Below, one piece after another: positions 39,736 to 50,035 of a stretch of DNA of 64,000 nt. The notes below the pieces were generated by a model. That model did no database searches, was not told the DNA's origin, and saw only the letters and a program-made list of their open reading frames with translations. Each line of letters starts with the position of its first letter. The stretch's first letter is position 1. This DNA comes from a virus. Both the position numbers and the translations under genes were made by a program. The DNA lies in IMG/VR virus record IMGVR_UViG_3300000553_000014, positions 1-64,000 of that record; one strand, 5' to 3'.

Positions 39736-40551
39736 ATGACACAAAACAATCAAGACAATCAAAAAGAATTTAAAAAATTTGACAGAATAGTTAAATTAGA
39801 TTTTTCAAAAATTTTAAAAGAAAAAAAATCGATTTTTGAACCAAATGTAAAAATGACACAAAAAGCTTATGATAAAATTTGTGAAATTTGGAACAAAGAT
39901 GAAAAATCTCGTAAATTTTTAAAACATATTATTTCAGCATTTTTTCCAATTAATAATTGGAATAAAGTAATGTTTAAAAAAGATACAGATATTATTAAAT
40001 GTGCAATTCTTAATCATGATTTGACAGGAATTTCAAATATATCTGAATCATTAGCTGGATATTCAATGAAAAAAATGTTTATAGATGCAAATTGTATTCT
40101 TGAAGGTGATGTAATAAATAATGAAAAGAAATCCAGACTTTATAAAAAAGAAGAACTTGATGAATTAAATTCATTAAGAAATTCATTACCAATTTCAATT
40201 CGTGAAGGGGATTTTGCATATATGTGTGAAAAATCCGATAAATTTATTTCAGGAGAAACTGCAATTGCATTACAACAATTTATTGAACTTCTAATTTTAA
40301 ATGGAGATAAAGAAATGACCAATATGATTAGAAAAATGCGAAATGAATCTATGAAAGATGAATGGAATAATGATTTAGATACAGAATTAAAAATAACTGC
40401 TCATGATTTTGAACAAAAACGTCAAAAAGAACAAAAACAAATTGCAAAAGAAATTTTAGAATCTAAAGCCCCGAAATTAAGTGATAATTTAAATACTTCA
40501 ACATTAAGTAAATTAGAAGAATTAAAATTAAAAATGCAAGAAAATGAATAA
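39736..40551 (+). CDS. Hypothetical protein
   Basis: ORF 271 aa. Confidence 0.75.
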   Translation: MTQNNQDNQKEFKKFDRIVKLDFSKILKEKKSIFEPNVKMTQKAYDKICEIWNKDEKSRKFLKHIISAFFPINNWNKVMFKKDTDIIKCAILNHDLTGISNISESLAGYSMKKMFIDANCILEGDVINNEKKSRLYKKEELDELNSLRNSLPISIREGDFAYMCEKSDKFISGETAIALQQFIELLILNGDKEMTNMIRKMRNESMKDEWNNDLDTELKITAHDFEQKRQKEQKQIAKEILESKAPKLSDNLNTSTLSKLEELKLKMQENE

Positions 40552-42367
40552 TGATGAAAGAATGCAAAATATAATTGGTACACAAATGCTTGCTGATTAT
40601 GTTATTAAAGATTTAAATAAATGGGTTGAAGCTTCAAAAGAATATTATACTGGAGAAGCTATTATGTCTGACCCTGAATTTGATGAACTTCAAGAAAAAT
40701 TACTTAATTATAAAATTCCTGTAATAACAGAATTTATTCAATCAGGTATATATCGTAATGGAACAATTGAAGAAGTTACAGAATATACTCAGGAAATGAT
40801 TAGTCTTTTTAAAATTAAATATGCTGATAAATCATCGATTACAGATATTAAAAAATATTTAATTTTTGCTATTCAATCAAAAATTCCTTTATATTATGGA
40901 CCAAAATTTGATGGTGCTGCGTTAAAAATTGTATGGGAATTTTCTGAAAATATTGAAAGAATTATTCAAATTCAAAGTAGAGGTGGTTTAGATGTTACAA
41001 GATTATTTATTAATCATCCTCAAATTTTAGCAACAAAAAAATATCGTAAAAATATAATTTGTGGAGAACTTGTAATTAATAAAAGAATTTTTATTGAAGA
41101 ATATTCAGATGAATGGGAAAATCCAAGAAATTTTGTTGGTAAATTATTAAAACAAAAAACAATTGAACAATCTATTATTAATAATTTAAGTTTTATTCCT
41201 TGTACAGATGGAATAAATAAAATTAATGATAATGTTTGGAATATTTTAGAACTTCAAAATCTTTATAATCTTGAAAATATAATAAAAAATTATAAATCTG
41301 ATAATTTTCCTTTTTTATGTGATGGAATTGTTATAGCTTATGATACTGAAACTCGAATAATTAAAGATAATTATCCATTAAATATGGTTGCAATTAAATT
41401 TAAAGGTGCTCGAGTAAAAACAAAAGTTACTGGATTTGATTGGACTCAAAAGAAATCTGGAAAATTAACTCCAATGATTTTAGTTGAACATGTTCCTTTA
41501 GAAGGCATAACAATTACAAAAGCAAATGGTTATAATTATCAAAATGTTTTAGATAATCATATTGGTATTGGTTCAGAAATTGAAGTTGAAAAATCTGGAG
41601 ATATTATTCCTGTTGTTGCTAAAGTTTTATCTTATTCAAAAGAAATAAATTTACCAACTTGTGAATATATTAGAAGTGGTAAACATTTAATTGCAGTAAA
41701 TCTTGAAGAATCACGAAGATATAAATTTATTCTTGGATTAAAATTATTAAATATTGATGGTATTGGTGATACTCTTGCAGAAAAAATTGGAGAAATTGTT
41801 AATTTTGATATTATTAATTTATTTGATAATAAACATAAACCAGCAATTTTCCAAACTTTGGGTGGTGGAGCAAATTGGTTAAAATTTTGCGAATTTTATA
41901 ATATTAAATCTTTATATCTTGACCAACTTATTGCAATACTTCAATTTAATGGAGTTGGACCTATTTTAGCTAAAAAAATAGCATTATTAATTACAAAAAA
42001 ATCTAACGATACTTCAAATATGTCTTCAGATATAATATCAAATGTTTGTCGAGGTGAAGGGTTTAAAAAAATTACTGATTCAATTGAAAAATTAAAATCT
42101 GTTAATATTAAGGTTTTAACTCCAATTGAAATTAATGAAGATACTATTACTTTTGAAATGACAGGAAATCCTCCAAATATGACAAAAGAAGATTTTGTTA
42201 AAAAATTAAAAGAAAGATTTCCAAATTCAATTTATGAAGCTCTCAAAAAAGATACAAAATATTTATTTTGTGATAATTTAACATCAAATACATCAAAATG
42301 TAATAAGGCTCGAAAATATAATATTAAAACTATATTATATTCAGATGCTTTAAATGGAAAATTTTAA
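40544..42367 (+). CDS. ligA: NAD-dependent DNA ligase
   Basis: YY.G..MSD.EFD, PKFDG, SRG, GE, NPRN, DGIV, AIKF, SGDIIP, HhH and BRCT-like end. Confidence 0.9.
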   Translation: MNNDERMQNIIGTQMLADYVIKDLNKWVEASKEYYTGEAIMSDPEFDELQEKLLNYKIPVITEFIQSGIYRNGTIEEVTEYTQEMISLFKIKYADKSSITDIKKYLIFAIQSKIPLYYGPKFDGAALKIVWEFSENIERIIQIQSRGGLDVTRLFINHPQILATKKYRKNIICGELVINKRIFIEEYSDEWENPRNFVGKLLKQKTIEQSIINNLSFIPCTDGINKINDNVWNILELQNLYNLENIIKNYKSDNFPFLCDGIVIAYDTETRIIKDNYPLNMVAIKFKGARVKTKVTGFDWTQKKSGKLTPMILVEHVPLEGITITKANGYNYQNVLDNHIGIGSEIEVEKSGDIIPVVAKVLSYSKEINLPTCEYIRSGKHLIAVNLEESRRYKFILGLKLLNIDGIGDTLAEKIGEIVNFDIINLFDNKHKPAIFQTLGGGANWLKFCEFYNIKSLYLDQLIAILQFNGVGPILAKKIALLITKKSNDTSNMSSDIISNVCRGEGFKKITDSIEKLKSVNIKVLTPIEINEDTITFEMTGNPPNMTKEDFVKKLKERFPNSIYEALKKDTKYLFCDNLTSNTSKCNKARKYNIKTILYSDALNGKF

Positions 42368-42704
42368 TATTATGTTAAAACAAAAATTTAAATTTGAATT
42401 AAATGTTTGGGTTACTTTTGAATTAAACAATATTACATGTATAGGTAGAACATTAATTCTTAACCTAAATGGAATTGATACAGAAATGATTGGAGCAGTT
42501 GATTCAGCTGGAATGGTTGGACACATGAAATTTACAGATGTAACAAATATTAAAAAATTAACAATTTTAAAAGAAACTGATGGAGATAGAAAATATAGAG
42601 AAGTTCAAAAAGAAGCACAAAAACTTGATGAAAATTATGATGAACATAGTGCAAAAGTATTAGATTTATTTTTAATTTTTAATAAAGATAAATTAGAAGC
42701 GTAA
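42354..42704 (+). CDS. Hypothetical protein
   Basis: Coupled ORF. Confidence 0.7.
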   Translation: MENFNIMLKQKFKFELNVWVTFELNNITCIGRTLILNLNGIDTEMIGAVDSAGMVGHMKFTDVTNIKKLTILKETDGDRKYREVQKEAQKLDENYDEHSAKVLDLFLIFNKDKLEA

Positions 42705-42721
42705 TTCAAATTTTATTTGAT

Positions 42722-42751
42722 TGCTCATTTTTTCCATAAAATATGGATATA
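42722..42751 (+). promoter_or_regulatory. Phage bipartite promoter
   Basis: TGCTCAT-N15-TGGATATA. Confidence 0.85.
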
Positions 42752-42802
42752 AAATATATAATGTATAAATAAATCAAAATAACTAAAAAATCTTATCAAA
42801 TT

Positions 42803-43750
42803 ATGTTTATAGCAAATTTTACACCACTCGAAAATCAAGTTTTATCATTATTTAATGAAGGAAATAAAACTTTTGATAAATTATTGGAAACAGTTTCATT
42901 TAGTGAAAAAACATTAGTTAATACTTTGGAATTATTGTTATCAAAAAATGTTTTAAAATTTAATGTTGAAAAAAATATTTATGAGTATGATAGTCCAATT
43001 AATGAAGAAATGATTGTTCTTGATGGAAATATTTTATTACCTACAACTATAATTCGAATGCCAGATAAAAATATAATGTATGTAACAAGAGGTTCATGGT
43101 ATAAATTTCCATTAGATTTTGATATTAGACGAATTATTTGGAATGTAAAAGTTCAATCAAAAACTAATTCAACATTAGTTGATTTAATTAAAACTTCAAT
43201 TTTGAAAGAAAGAAAATCAAAAATCATTCAAATGACTGAATATGATTCTTTACGAAATAAAGTTGTACCTTATTCAAATAAAATTGGATTATTGCTAAAT
43301 ACTATTGGTGAAGATGTTACAGATGTTACAATAATTTTTAAAATAAAATTATCTGAAGATGATGTTTCACCAGAACATAGAGGTTTTACTATTAGAACAG
43401 AAATTGCTACACAAGAATTACTTGAACAATTAAAAACTCCTGTTGCACAAAGAGATTATACAAAAATTAAATTAAATCATATTTTTAATTTTAGTGATTT
43501 TATTTTTTCCAAAAATGAAATACCATTAAATTTATCAAATAATGAATTAACTTATTTAAAAATAACTGGAGTTAAAAAACAATTTGAATTTACTTATTAT
43601 AAATTAAATTTTGCAGGAAATGTTCAAAAACTTGATGTTGAAACATTTGATGATTCAACTGAAGCAATTGAAAAATTAAGAGATTTATTCAATACTCTTC
43701 CAACCTTAATCTTAACCGAAAACAATTTTATGTGTGAATTAAGTGAATAA
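42803..43750 (+). CDS. Hypothetical protein with N-terminal winged-HTH-like region
   Basis: TPLENQVL...KTFDKL...SEKTLVNTLELLLSKNVL pattern. Confidence 0.7.
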   Translation: MFIANFTPLENQVLSLFNEGNKTFDKLLETVSFSEKTLVNTLELLLSKNVLKFNVEKNIYEYDSPINEEMIVLDGNILLPTTIIRMPDKNIMYVTRGSWYKFPLDFDIRRIIWNVKVQSKTNSTLVDLIKTSILKERKSKIIQMTEYDSLRNKVVPYSNKIGLLLNTIGEDVTDVTIIFKIKLSEDDVSPEHRGFTIRTEIATQELLEQLKTPVAQRDYTKIKLNHIFNFSDFIFSKNEIPLNLSNNELTYLKITGVKKQFEFTYYKLNFAGNVQKLDVETFDDSTEAIEKLRDLFNTLPTLILTENNFMCELSE

Positions 43751-43782
43751 AATTTAAATCAATTAACTAATAAAGCCATAAT

Positions 43783-44487
43783 ATGTCTGCAATAAAAACT
43801 CTTTTAGGTGAAAAAATAGATTCACCATTATCAGCATTTAATAATTTCATGATTGATATTTCTGATGAATTTAATAATATTTTTTATCCAAATTCTAAAA
43901 AAATAAGTCAATTATTAATAAAAAATCAAATTCTTTTTGAAGATAATACCATAACATTATTTAATTTTATTAAAATAATTTATGCAAATGAAAAATTTGT
44001 ATATCAGTTTTGTGGATTAATTGATGCACATAGATGTGATTTAATTAAAATTTCACTTGAAAACAAATCAAAAATATTTCAAATATTCCAAAAATATTTA
44101 TTTATATATAACGATATTCGTAGTAATTATGATGAAACAATTTCTCAAAAATATGTTGAAAATATATATAATAAAATAATTAAAAATAAATCTGTTGAAA
44201 CTGAAATGTTTTTAATTCCATTTAAAAATAAAATAAATCATTTATATGATGTTAAAGATAAAACATTAGATAAATTATATTCGAAATATAGTTATGTAAT
44301 AACTTTTACTCATAATAAATCAATTATTGAATATAATATTATTAGGGTTTTATCTTCTGATTTAGATGAATCAAAATCAATAGAAAATACAAGATTTTTA
44401 GAAAAAGATTACATTAAAACTGATACAGTGCATTTACGAAATTTAAATCAATTTTTACTTAAACTATTTTATTACGGGGAAATATGA
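43783..44487 (+). CDS. Hypothetical protein
   Basis: ORF 234 aa. Confidence 0.75.
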   Translation: MSAIKTLLGEKIDSPLSAFNNFMIDISDEFNNIFYPNSKKISQLLIKNQILFEDNTITLFNFIKIIYANEKFVYQFCGLIDAHRCDLIKISLENKSKIFQIFQKYLFIYNDIRSNYDETISQKYVENIYNKIIKNKSVETEMFLIPFKNKINHLYDVKDKTLDKLYSKYSYVITFTHNKSIIEYNIIRVLSSDLDESKSIENTRFLEKDYIKTDTVHLRNLNQFLLKLFYYGEI

Positions 44488-46448
44488 TAGAAGAAAATTA
44501 CATAGATGAAGAATTACTTTTAGAAGACCAACAAGAAAAAGATTCATTTAAATCTTTTTATGATTTGAGTTTTGTAACAAAAGATGATATAATTGAAGCA
44601 ATTAAAGTATGTTTAAAAGTATCACCATTAATAAATGCTTCAAATACTTTAGTTAATAGTGTTTATTCAATATTGACATCTCTTTATATTGATAATAAAA
44701 AATATGTTATAATTGAAGCTCCAACAGGTAGTGGTAAAACCATTATTGGATTTATTGTTTACTTTTGTACATTATATTTACATCAAAAATTTGATAGAAA
44801 TATAATTCCTGGAGAAGCTAAACAAGAACCTTTTGAAGCTTTAACATATTTTTTAACATCATCAAAAATGTTACAAGAACAAATTGATAAAGATTTAGAT
44901 AGATTTGAATTCCGTAATCATATTTCAATGTTGAAAGGTACAGTAAATTATAATTGTATTGATGCAACAACTCAAGAAATAAAAAATCAAAAAAAATTAG
45001 CTATAGGTGGAAAATTTGTTGATTTAACAAATGTTTCTATTAAATATTCGGATAGAAGTTGTATTGGATTAAATATGGCTGAAAGAGAAATGTTTTTTTC
45101 TCATTGTAATTCAATTTGTCCTTATCAATTAGCAAGAAGTGAAGCATCTGAAAAATCATGTTCAGTTTTAAATTATGCTTATTTTTTAAATGTATTAAGA
45201 AGTGAATTTAATCCATTTTTTGGAATAAGATATTTAACAATTGCTGATGAAGCTCATTTAATTCCTGATATTGTTTGTAATATATTTAATTATGAATTTA
45301 CACAATATTTATGTAATAGAATTTTAAAAGTTTTACAAGAACTTAATTATACTTATGGAGCTCAATATATTGATGAAATTAGAGAAAAATTAACTCCATG
45401 TTTTAAATTTTTTCAAACAGAATTTGAAAATGATTCAAAACAAAATGCTTTAAAAGTTTTAATACATTTTACAACTTTAGTAGATTTTGAAAAAGAATTT
45501 TCAAAATTAAAATTACTTAAACCAGAAATATTAAATACACATAAAGTTCAATTAAGTAAAATTGATGAAGATTTAAAATCAATTATTTTATGGTTTGATA
45601 ATATTGATAAATTAATAAAAGAAAGACCAGAAGATGTTTATTATGAATCTGAACTTATTGCACATGATAAAGTTTCAGGACAAAAAGTTTATAAACATAT
45701 TGTTAAAGATTTATCTGAAGCTGAAATGGTAAAAAAATATTTTTTATCAAAATTGAATAAAGGAATTTTTATGTCTGCAACTCTTGGCAATATTGATGAA
45801 TTTGCTGAATTAATGGGAATGAAAAAAGAAGAATATTCTGGATTCAGATTAAAATCAACTTTTGATTTTGAAAAATCACCAATATCAATTACAAAATCAG
45901 GTTGGTTAAATTATGCAAATTTTGATAAAAATATTGATAAGGTTTTAATGGATGCAATAAAAATTTGTGAAAATACACATCCAAAAGAAAAAGGAATTAT
46001 TCATACATCAACATTTAAAATCTGTGATTTATTAAAACAAAAAATTCAATTAGGTATTGTTAAAGATACTGAAAGATATTTGTTTTATAAAACTTCAGAA
46101 GAAAAAGAAAATTGTGTTAAAAAATTAATGAATAGTCAAACACCTTATATTATAATTGGACCTTCTTTGTATGAAGGTCTTGATTTAAAAGATGATAAGG
46201 GTCGTTTTAATATTCTGATAAAAGCTCCGTATGCACAATTATCACCATATATTAAAAAGAAAATTGAAAGATTTCCATTTTGGTATAATAGAAATGTACT
46301 TGAAAAAATTGTTCAAGCAATTGGGAGAACAAATCGTTCAGTAAAAGATTATTCAAAAGTGTATTTATTAGATTCTTGTTTTGATAAAATAATTTACGAT
46401 TGTAATGAGGATATAACAAACCGTATAATTTATAAATCTATTTATTAG
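44484..46448 (+). CDS. DinG/YoaA/XPD-family helicase
   Basis: EAPTGSGKT, LQEQ, KG..NY.C, CPY, DEAH, MSATL, EGLDL, QAIGRTNRS..D. Confidence 0.9.
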   Translation: MIEENYIDEELLLEDQQEKDSFKSFYDLSFVTKDDIIEAIKVCLKVSPLINASNTLVNSVYSILTSLYIDNKKYVIIEAPTGSGKTIIGFIVYFCTLYLHQKFDRNIIPGEAKQEPFEALTYFLTSSKMLQEQIDKDLDRFEFRNHISMLKGTVNYNCIDATTQEIKNQKKLAIGGKFVDLTNVSIKYSDRSCIGLNMAEREMFFSHCNSICPYQLARSEASEKSCSVLNYAYFLNVLRSEFNPFFGIRYLTIADEAHLIPDIVCNIFNYEFTQYLCNRILKVLQELNYTYGAQYIDEIREKLTPCFKFFQTEFENDSKQNALKVLIHFTTLVDFEKEFSKLKLLKPEILNTHKVQLSKIDEDLKSIILWFDNIDKLIKERPEDVYYESELIAHDKVSGQKVYKHIVKDLSEAEMVKKYFLSKLNKGIFMSATLGNIDEFAELMGMKKEEYSGFRLKSTFDFEKSPISITKSGWLNYANFDKNIDKVLMDAIKICENTHPKEKGIIHTSTFKICDLLKQKIQLGIVKDTERYLFYKTSEEKENCVKKLMNSQTPYIIIGPSLYEGLDLKDDKGRFNILIKAPYAQLSPYIKKKIERFPFWYNRNVLEKIVQAIGRTNRSVKDYSKVYLLDSCFDKIIYDCNEDITNRIIYKSIY

Positions 46449-46484
46449 AGTATAAATTGTTTTAAATAAATTAATTTGATTGGG

Positions 46485-46521
46485 AAAGAGGTTTCAATAT
46501 TATTTTGATTACCTTTTTTTT
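46485..46521 (+). terminator. Intrinsic terminator
   Basis: AAAGAGGT...ACCTTTTTTTT imperfect stem. Confidence 0.6.
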
Positions 46522-46533
46522 ATTTAATATGAA

Positions 46534-46563
46534 TGCTTATTTTTTATTAAAATAATGGATATA
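46534..46563 (+). promoter_or_regulatory. Phage bipartite promoter
   Basis: TGCTTAT-N15-TGGATATA. Confidence 0.8.
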
Positions 46564-46594
46564 TAAATTATTACAAATTTTAAAAAAATATATT

Positions 46595-47020
46595 ATGTTG
46601 GATATATCAAGTAAAGGAAAACGTGTTATACAAGAAATAAGTACACATATTGCAATAGTAAGTGATAATGAAGAATTTATTGAAATTTATGAAAAAGAAA
46701 TTTCTCCATTTCCTGAAAAACATTTATTATCATTATCAATTGATAATGTTCAAGGAAGATTAAATATATTTAAAGAATTTGAAGAAACTAATCGTCAAAA
46801 TAAAGAAGAATTTTATGAGGCTGTTATTGATATGGAAGAAAATCTTAGAGAACCTTCAAAAGAAAATGGAAATAAAATGGAAATGTTTACAAAAATAACA
46901 AATAAAATTTATACAAGAGCTGATATAATTCATGCTTATACTTCTGGACATCATGATGGAAAATTTGGAATAACTCATGCAAATGGATTAAGTGCTTATC
47001 GTGAACAACAAAAATTATAA
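46595..47020 (+). CDS. Hypothetical protein
   Basis: First ORF after promoter. Confidence 0.75.
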   Translation: MLDISSKGKRVIQEISTHIAIVSDNEEFIEIYEKEISPFPEKHLLSLSIDNVQGRLNIFKEFEETNRQNKEEFYEAVIDMEENLREPSKENGNKMEMFTKITNKIYTRADIIHAYTSGHHDGKFGITHANGLSAYREQQKL

Positions 47021-47023
47021 CAA

Positions 47024-47434
47024 ATGAAAAATAGTCAAATACATAATGGATTTTCACAAAAGGAAGTTCGAAATTTTTTAGCAATATCTTTAATTAAATG
47101 TTTTGAAAAATTAAATAATGAAGCAAATAATAAAACAAATATTGCACAACCAAAAACAAATGATATAAATCCATTTAAATGGCAAGTTTATCTAATTAAA
47201 AAAGAAATTGAAACTTTACAAATAAAACTCGAAATTGCTGAAGAACAAAAAGCAATTTTTTCTTTAATTATTAATAATGGATGGGAAGAATTTGATGTTA
47301 GTGATGAAACTTATAATGATTCAAAATATAAACTTATGTTGAATTTTATTGGTACAAAAAAAGAATATGAAGAATTATTAAATCATATTAATTTAGAAAG
47401 TAATAGTAATAAAGTAATAATGGGGAATGAATAA
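47024..47434 (+). CDS. Hypothetical protein
   Basis: Coupled ORF. Confidence 0.75.
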   Translation: MKNSQIHNGFSQKEVRNFLAISLIKCFEKLNNEANNKTNIAQPKTNDINPFKWQVYLIKKEIETLQIKLEIAEEQKAIFSLIINNGWEEFDVSDETYNDSKYKLMLNFIGTKKEYEELLNHINLESNSNKVIMGNE

Positions 47435-47461
47435 TTTTTAATAATTTAAATAAATAATCAA

Positions 47462-48316
47462 ATGAAAAAAGTAATTTTTATCTTAGTGTTAATGTTAACA
47501 CTACAAATTAGTTATGGTCAAACTTTAAAAACCGAAAAAGAAAAATATAAAGATGGTATAATGACTTATCAAGGTTATGATAAGTCTGAAACAGGAGAAT
47601 TTATTAAACATGGAACTTTTAAATTTGTTGAAAATTTAAAAGGAAAATATGGTAGTTATAATGTTTTAGTAACAGGAACATTTAAAAATGGCTTTCGAAA
47701 TGGTTTATGGACATATTCTATAAAACAAATAGATGCTGAAAATAATAATGGTTCATTTACAACAGGAAATTTATTATATACTCAAATGTTTAAAGATGGA
47801 ATACCTAATGGATTATGTAATTATAATAATACTTATAAAACTCGAGAAATAATTTGTGATTATTATGGTCATTGTAAATGGGGAATTTATAGTAAAATTG
47901 AAAATGAATCAGCAAATTTTAATTTTAAAAATGGTAAAGCTATTGGAATAGTGAAATTTAAAATTAATGGAATTGCAAAAGTTTTGAATTTAAATCAAAA
48001 TGGAATAATAATGGATAAAACATTAAAAGTTTTAAATGGTGCAACTTGGACAATTGAAACATTTAATAATGGAAAATTAACCAGAACAATTGAAAAAATT
48101 GATGGTGGAAGTGTTTTAAGTAATTATATTCCAGATTCAATTAATGTCCGATTAGATACTGTTGGAATTAATTATTTATATACTGATGGTTTAGGTGAAT
48201 TATTTATAAATGATTATTTTAATCATTGGGGAGGTGATAAAACAATAACTGAAAGTGGATATTTGAATAGATTTTATGGTATATGTATTCGACCAAATAA
48301 AATTAAAATTGAATAA
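47462..48316 (+). CDS. Secreted protein with MORN/YwqK-like repeats
   Basis: Signal peptide MKKVIFILVLMLTLQISYGQ; FKNGFRNGLW, FKDGIPNG, FKNGKAIG, FNNGKL. Confidence 0.75.
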   Translation: MKKVIFILVLMLTLQISYGQTLKTEKEKYKDGIMTYQGYDKSETGEFIKHGTFKFVENLKGKYGSYNVLVTGTFKNGFRNGLWTYSIKQIDAENNNGSFTTGNLLYTQMFKDGIPNGLCNYNNTYKTREIICDYYGHCKWGIYSKIENESANFNFKNGKAIGIVKFKINGIAKVLNLNQNGIIMDKTLKVLNGATWTIETFNNGKLTRTIEKIDGGSVLSNYIPDSINVRLDTVGINYLYTDGLGELFINDYFNHWGGDKTITESGYLNRFYGICIRPNKIKIE

Positions 48317-48332
48317 TCATGATTAAATTATT

Positions 48333-48362
48333 TGTCCATTTTATTTAAAAATGATGGATATA
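48333..48362 (+). promoter_or_regulatory. Phage bipartite promoter
   Basis: TGTCCAT-N15-TGGATATA. Confidence 0.85.
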
Positions 48363-48389
48363 TAAATTAATATAAATAATCAAAATTTT

Positions 48390-48620
48390 ATGGTAGAAAA
48401 ATCTGATGAAATAATTTCAAAAGGTCCTAATTTTTCAAAAGTTGAAAATGAGGATTTAATCTTTATATTAAAAGCAAATTTTGATAGAATAAAACGTGAT
48501 GCAAATGATTTAGATAATAAATATATTCATCAAATGTTAAAAGAATATTTAATTCGAAATCTTACTCAAAATAATGAAGTTAAAAAAATCATTGAACGTT
48601 TAGAACAATTAATAAGTTAA
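48390..48620 (+). CDS. Hypothetical protein
   Basis: First ORF after promoter. Confidence 0.7.
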   Translation: MVEKSDEIISKGPNFSKVENEDLIFILKANFDRIKRDANDLDNKYIHQMLKEYLIRNLTQNNEVKKIIERLEQLIS

Positions 48621-48622
48621 TT

Positions 48623-49183
48623 ATGGAAGAAAAAATTATATCTTTAAATGATTTAGATTTTGAAAATTCAATAGCTACATTTGCTGTTAAGAAACGTTAT
48701 TTAATTAATGTAAAAAGAGAAATTTATGAATTTGGTAAGAAAAATTTATATTCAATTTATTTAACAGATAAATATTCTTTATCTTCAAACCAAGATTGTA
48801 AATTAAATGAATTTGTTGGATGGGATATTGAAGATAATGTAAATTTTGATTCAGAAGGAATTAATTTTGTATTAGAACAATTACAAACTAAACCAATTAT
48901 ATTAAAAACTCCTGATTGTCTTGAAGATGAAGATGAATATATTAAATTATCTGGTAAAAAAACATTTGCTGAAGATGTTTATTTTTCCAAAAAAGATAAA
49001 ATTAATTTAATAGCAAAAATAGCTCCAATAGCATATAAAATTGTTGCTCATGACCAATCTTCTCATAATAAAGAATTATTAAATCTTTCTGAAGATGAAT
49101 ATTATAATATTCATAGAGATTTACCAAAAGCAATTGTTTTAAAATCACTTCAAATAGTTAATGAAATTTTAAATATTGTATAA
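48623..49183 (+). CDS. Hypothetical protein
   Basis: Coupled ORF. Confidence 0.75.
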   Translation: MEEKIISLNDLDFENSIATFAVKKRYLINVKREIYEFGKKNLYSIYLTDKYSLSSNQDCKLNEFVGWDIEDNVNFDSEGINFVLEQLQTKPIILKTPDCLEDEDEYIKLSGKKTFAEDVYFSKKDKINLIAKIAPIAYKIVAHDQSSHNKELLNLSEDEYYNIHRDLPKAIVLKSLQIVNEILNIV

Positions 49184-49184
49184 C

Positions 49185-49433
49185 ATGGCAATAATTACAA
49201 AAGTAATAAAATTAGTATTAACTCCAATTTTTAATATTGAAAATGGAAAAATTATTGATGATTTAAAAGTTCAAAAACGTCAATATAATGAACATTCAAA
49301 ATTAGAATTTGAAAATATAAAAACAAAAGAATCTCGTGAAGATACTTTAATAAATGTATCTATTTATGATGATTTGATAATTGAAGATGAAGAAAAATTA
49401 AAAATTCTATCTATGTTTACTAAACCAATTTAA
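49185..49433 (+). CDS. Hypothetical protein
   Basis: Start moved to ATG 49185, just after the upstream stop. Confidence 0.65.
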   Translation: MAIITKVIKLVLTPIFNIENGKIIDDLKVQKRQYNEHSKLEFENIKTKESREDTLINVSIYDDLIIEDEEKLKILSMFTKPI

Positions 49434-49444
49434 AATTAATTTTT

Positions 49445-49615
49445 ATGATATTACTAATATGGTTTTTTACAGTTATTGGTTATATTATATTTATTTTTTG
49501 GAAAATTAGTTTATTTAAACAATATTCGGTATTAAAAATACTGAATAATATTCATTCACATTATAATTTTATCAAATCTCTGAGGGGTGGGAATGTGCTC
49601 AGAGATTATGGATAG
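49445..49615 (+). CDS. Possible 56-aa membrane peptide (not in track)
   Basis: MILLIWFFTVIGYIIFIFWK...; ends TAG. Confidence 0.4.
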   Translation: MILLIWFFTVIGYIIFIFWKISLFKQYSVLKILNNIHSHYNFIKSLRGGNVLRDYG

Positions 49616-49680
49616 ATAGACTGAGTTAACTTAGAAATATATTTTAACTGAACATTTATTAACATTAAAAATTGTAGAAT

Positions 49681-49857
49681 ATGTGTAGTATTTTAGATTT
49701 AGTGAATGAATTAACTTTGGTATTAGAAAATCAAATTAAACAACTTTTATGTAATGTCATTGAAATTGTGATTTTATCAACCAACATTATTTCCAAAAAA
49801 TTATATTTTATATTCTTTGAGCACAATTACACTTATTGCTCATTCGAATATGGTTAG
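49681..49857 (+). CDS. Possible 58-aa ORF (not in track)
   Basis: MCSILDLVNELTLVLENQIKQ...; ends TAG. Confidence 0.3.
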   Translation: MCSILDLVNELTLVLENQIKQLLCNVIEIVILSTNIISKKLYFIFFEHNYTYCSFEYG

Positions 49858-49920
49858 TAGCTTATAATTTAATAGAATAAATAATTTTAAATATATAAAG
49901 AATAAAAATTTTTTAAAAAT

Positions 49921-49962
49921 AAAATCCTCTGAATTTTGAAATTAAAAAATTCAGAGGATTTT
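49921..49962 (+). terminator. Intrinsic terminator (possibly bidirectional)
   Basis: AAAATCCTCTGAATTTT/AAAATTCAGAGGATTTT. Confidence 0.85.
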
Positions 49963-49966
49963 CTTA

Positions 49967-50014
49967 AAAGAAATTCAGTTGGTGAATATAATGGTTCGAA
50001 TCCATTTTTCTTAC
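49967..50014 (+). ncRNA. tRNA-like element lacking the anticodon arm (copy 1)
   Basis: AAGAAA/TTTCTT acceptor, TTCA-GTTGG-TGAA D-like arm, AATGG-TTCGAAT-CCATT T arm. Confidence 0.55.
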
Positions 50015-50035
50015 AAATTAAATATCGAAAATAAA

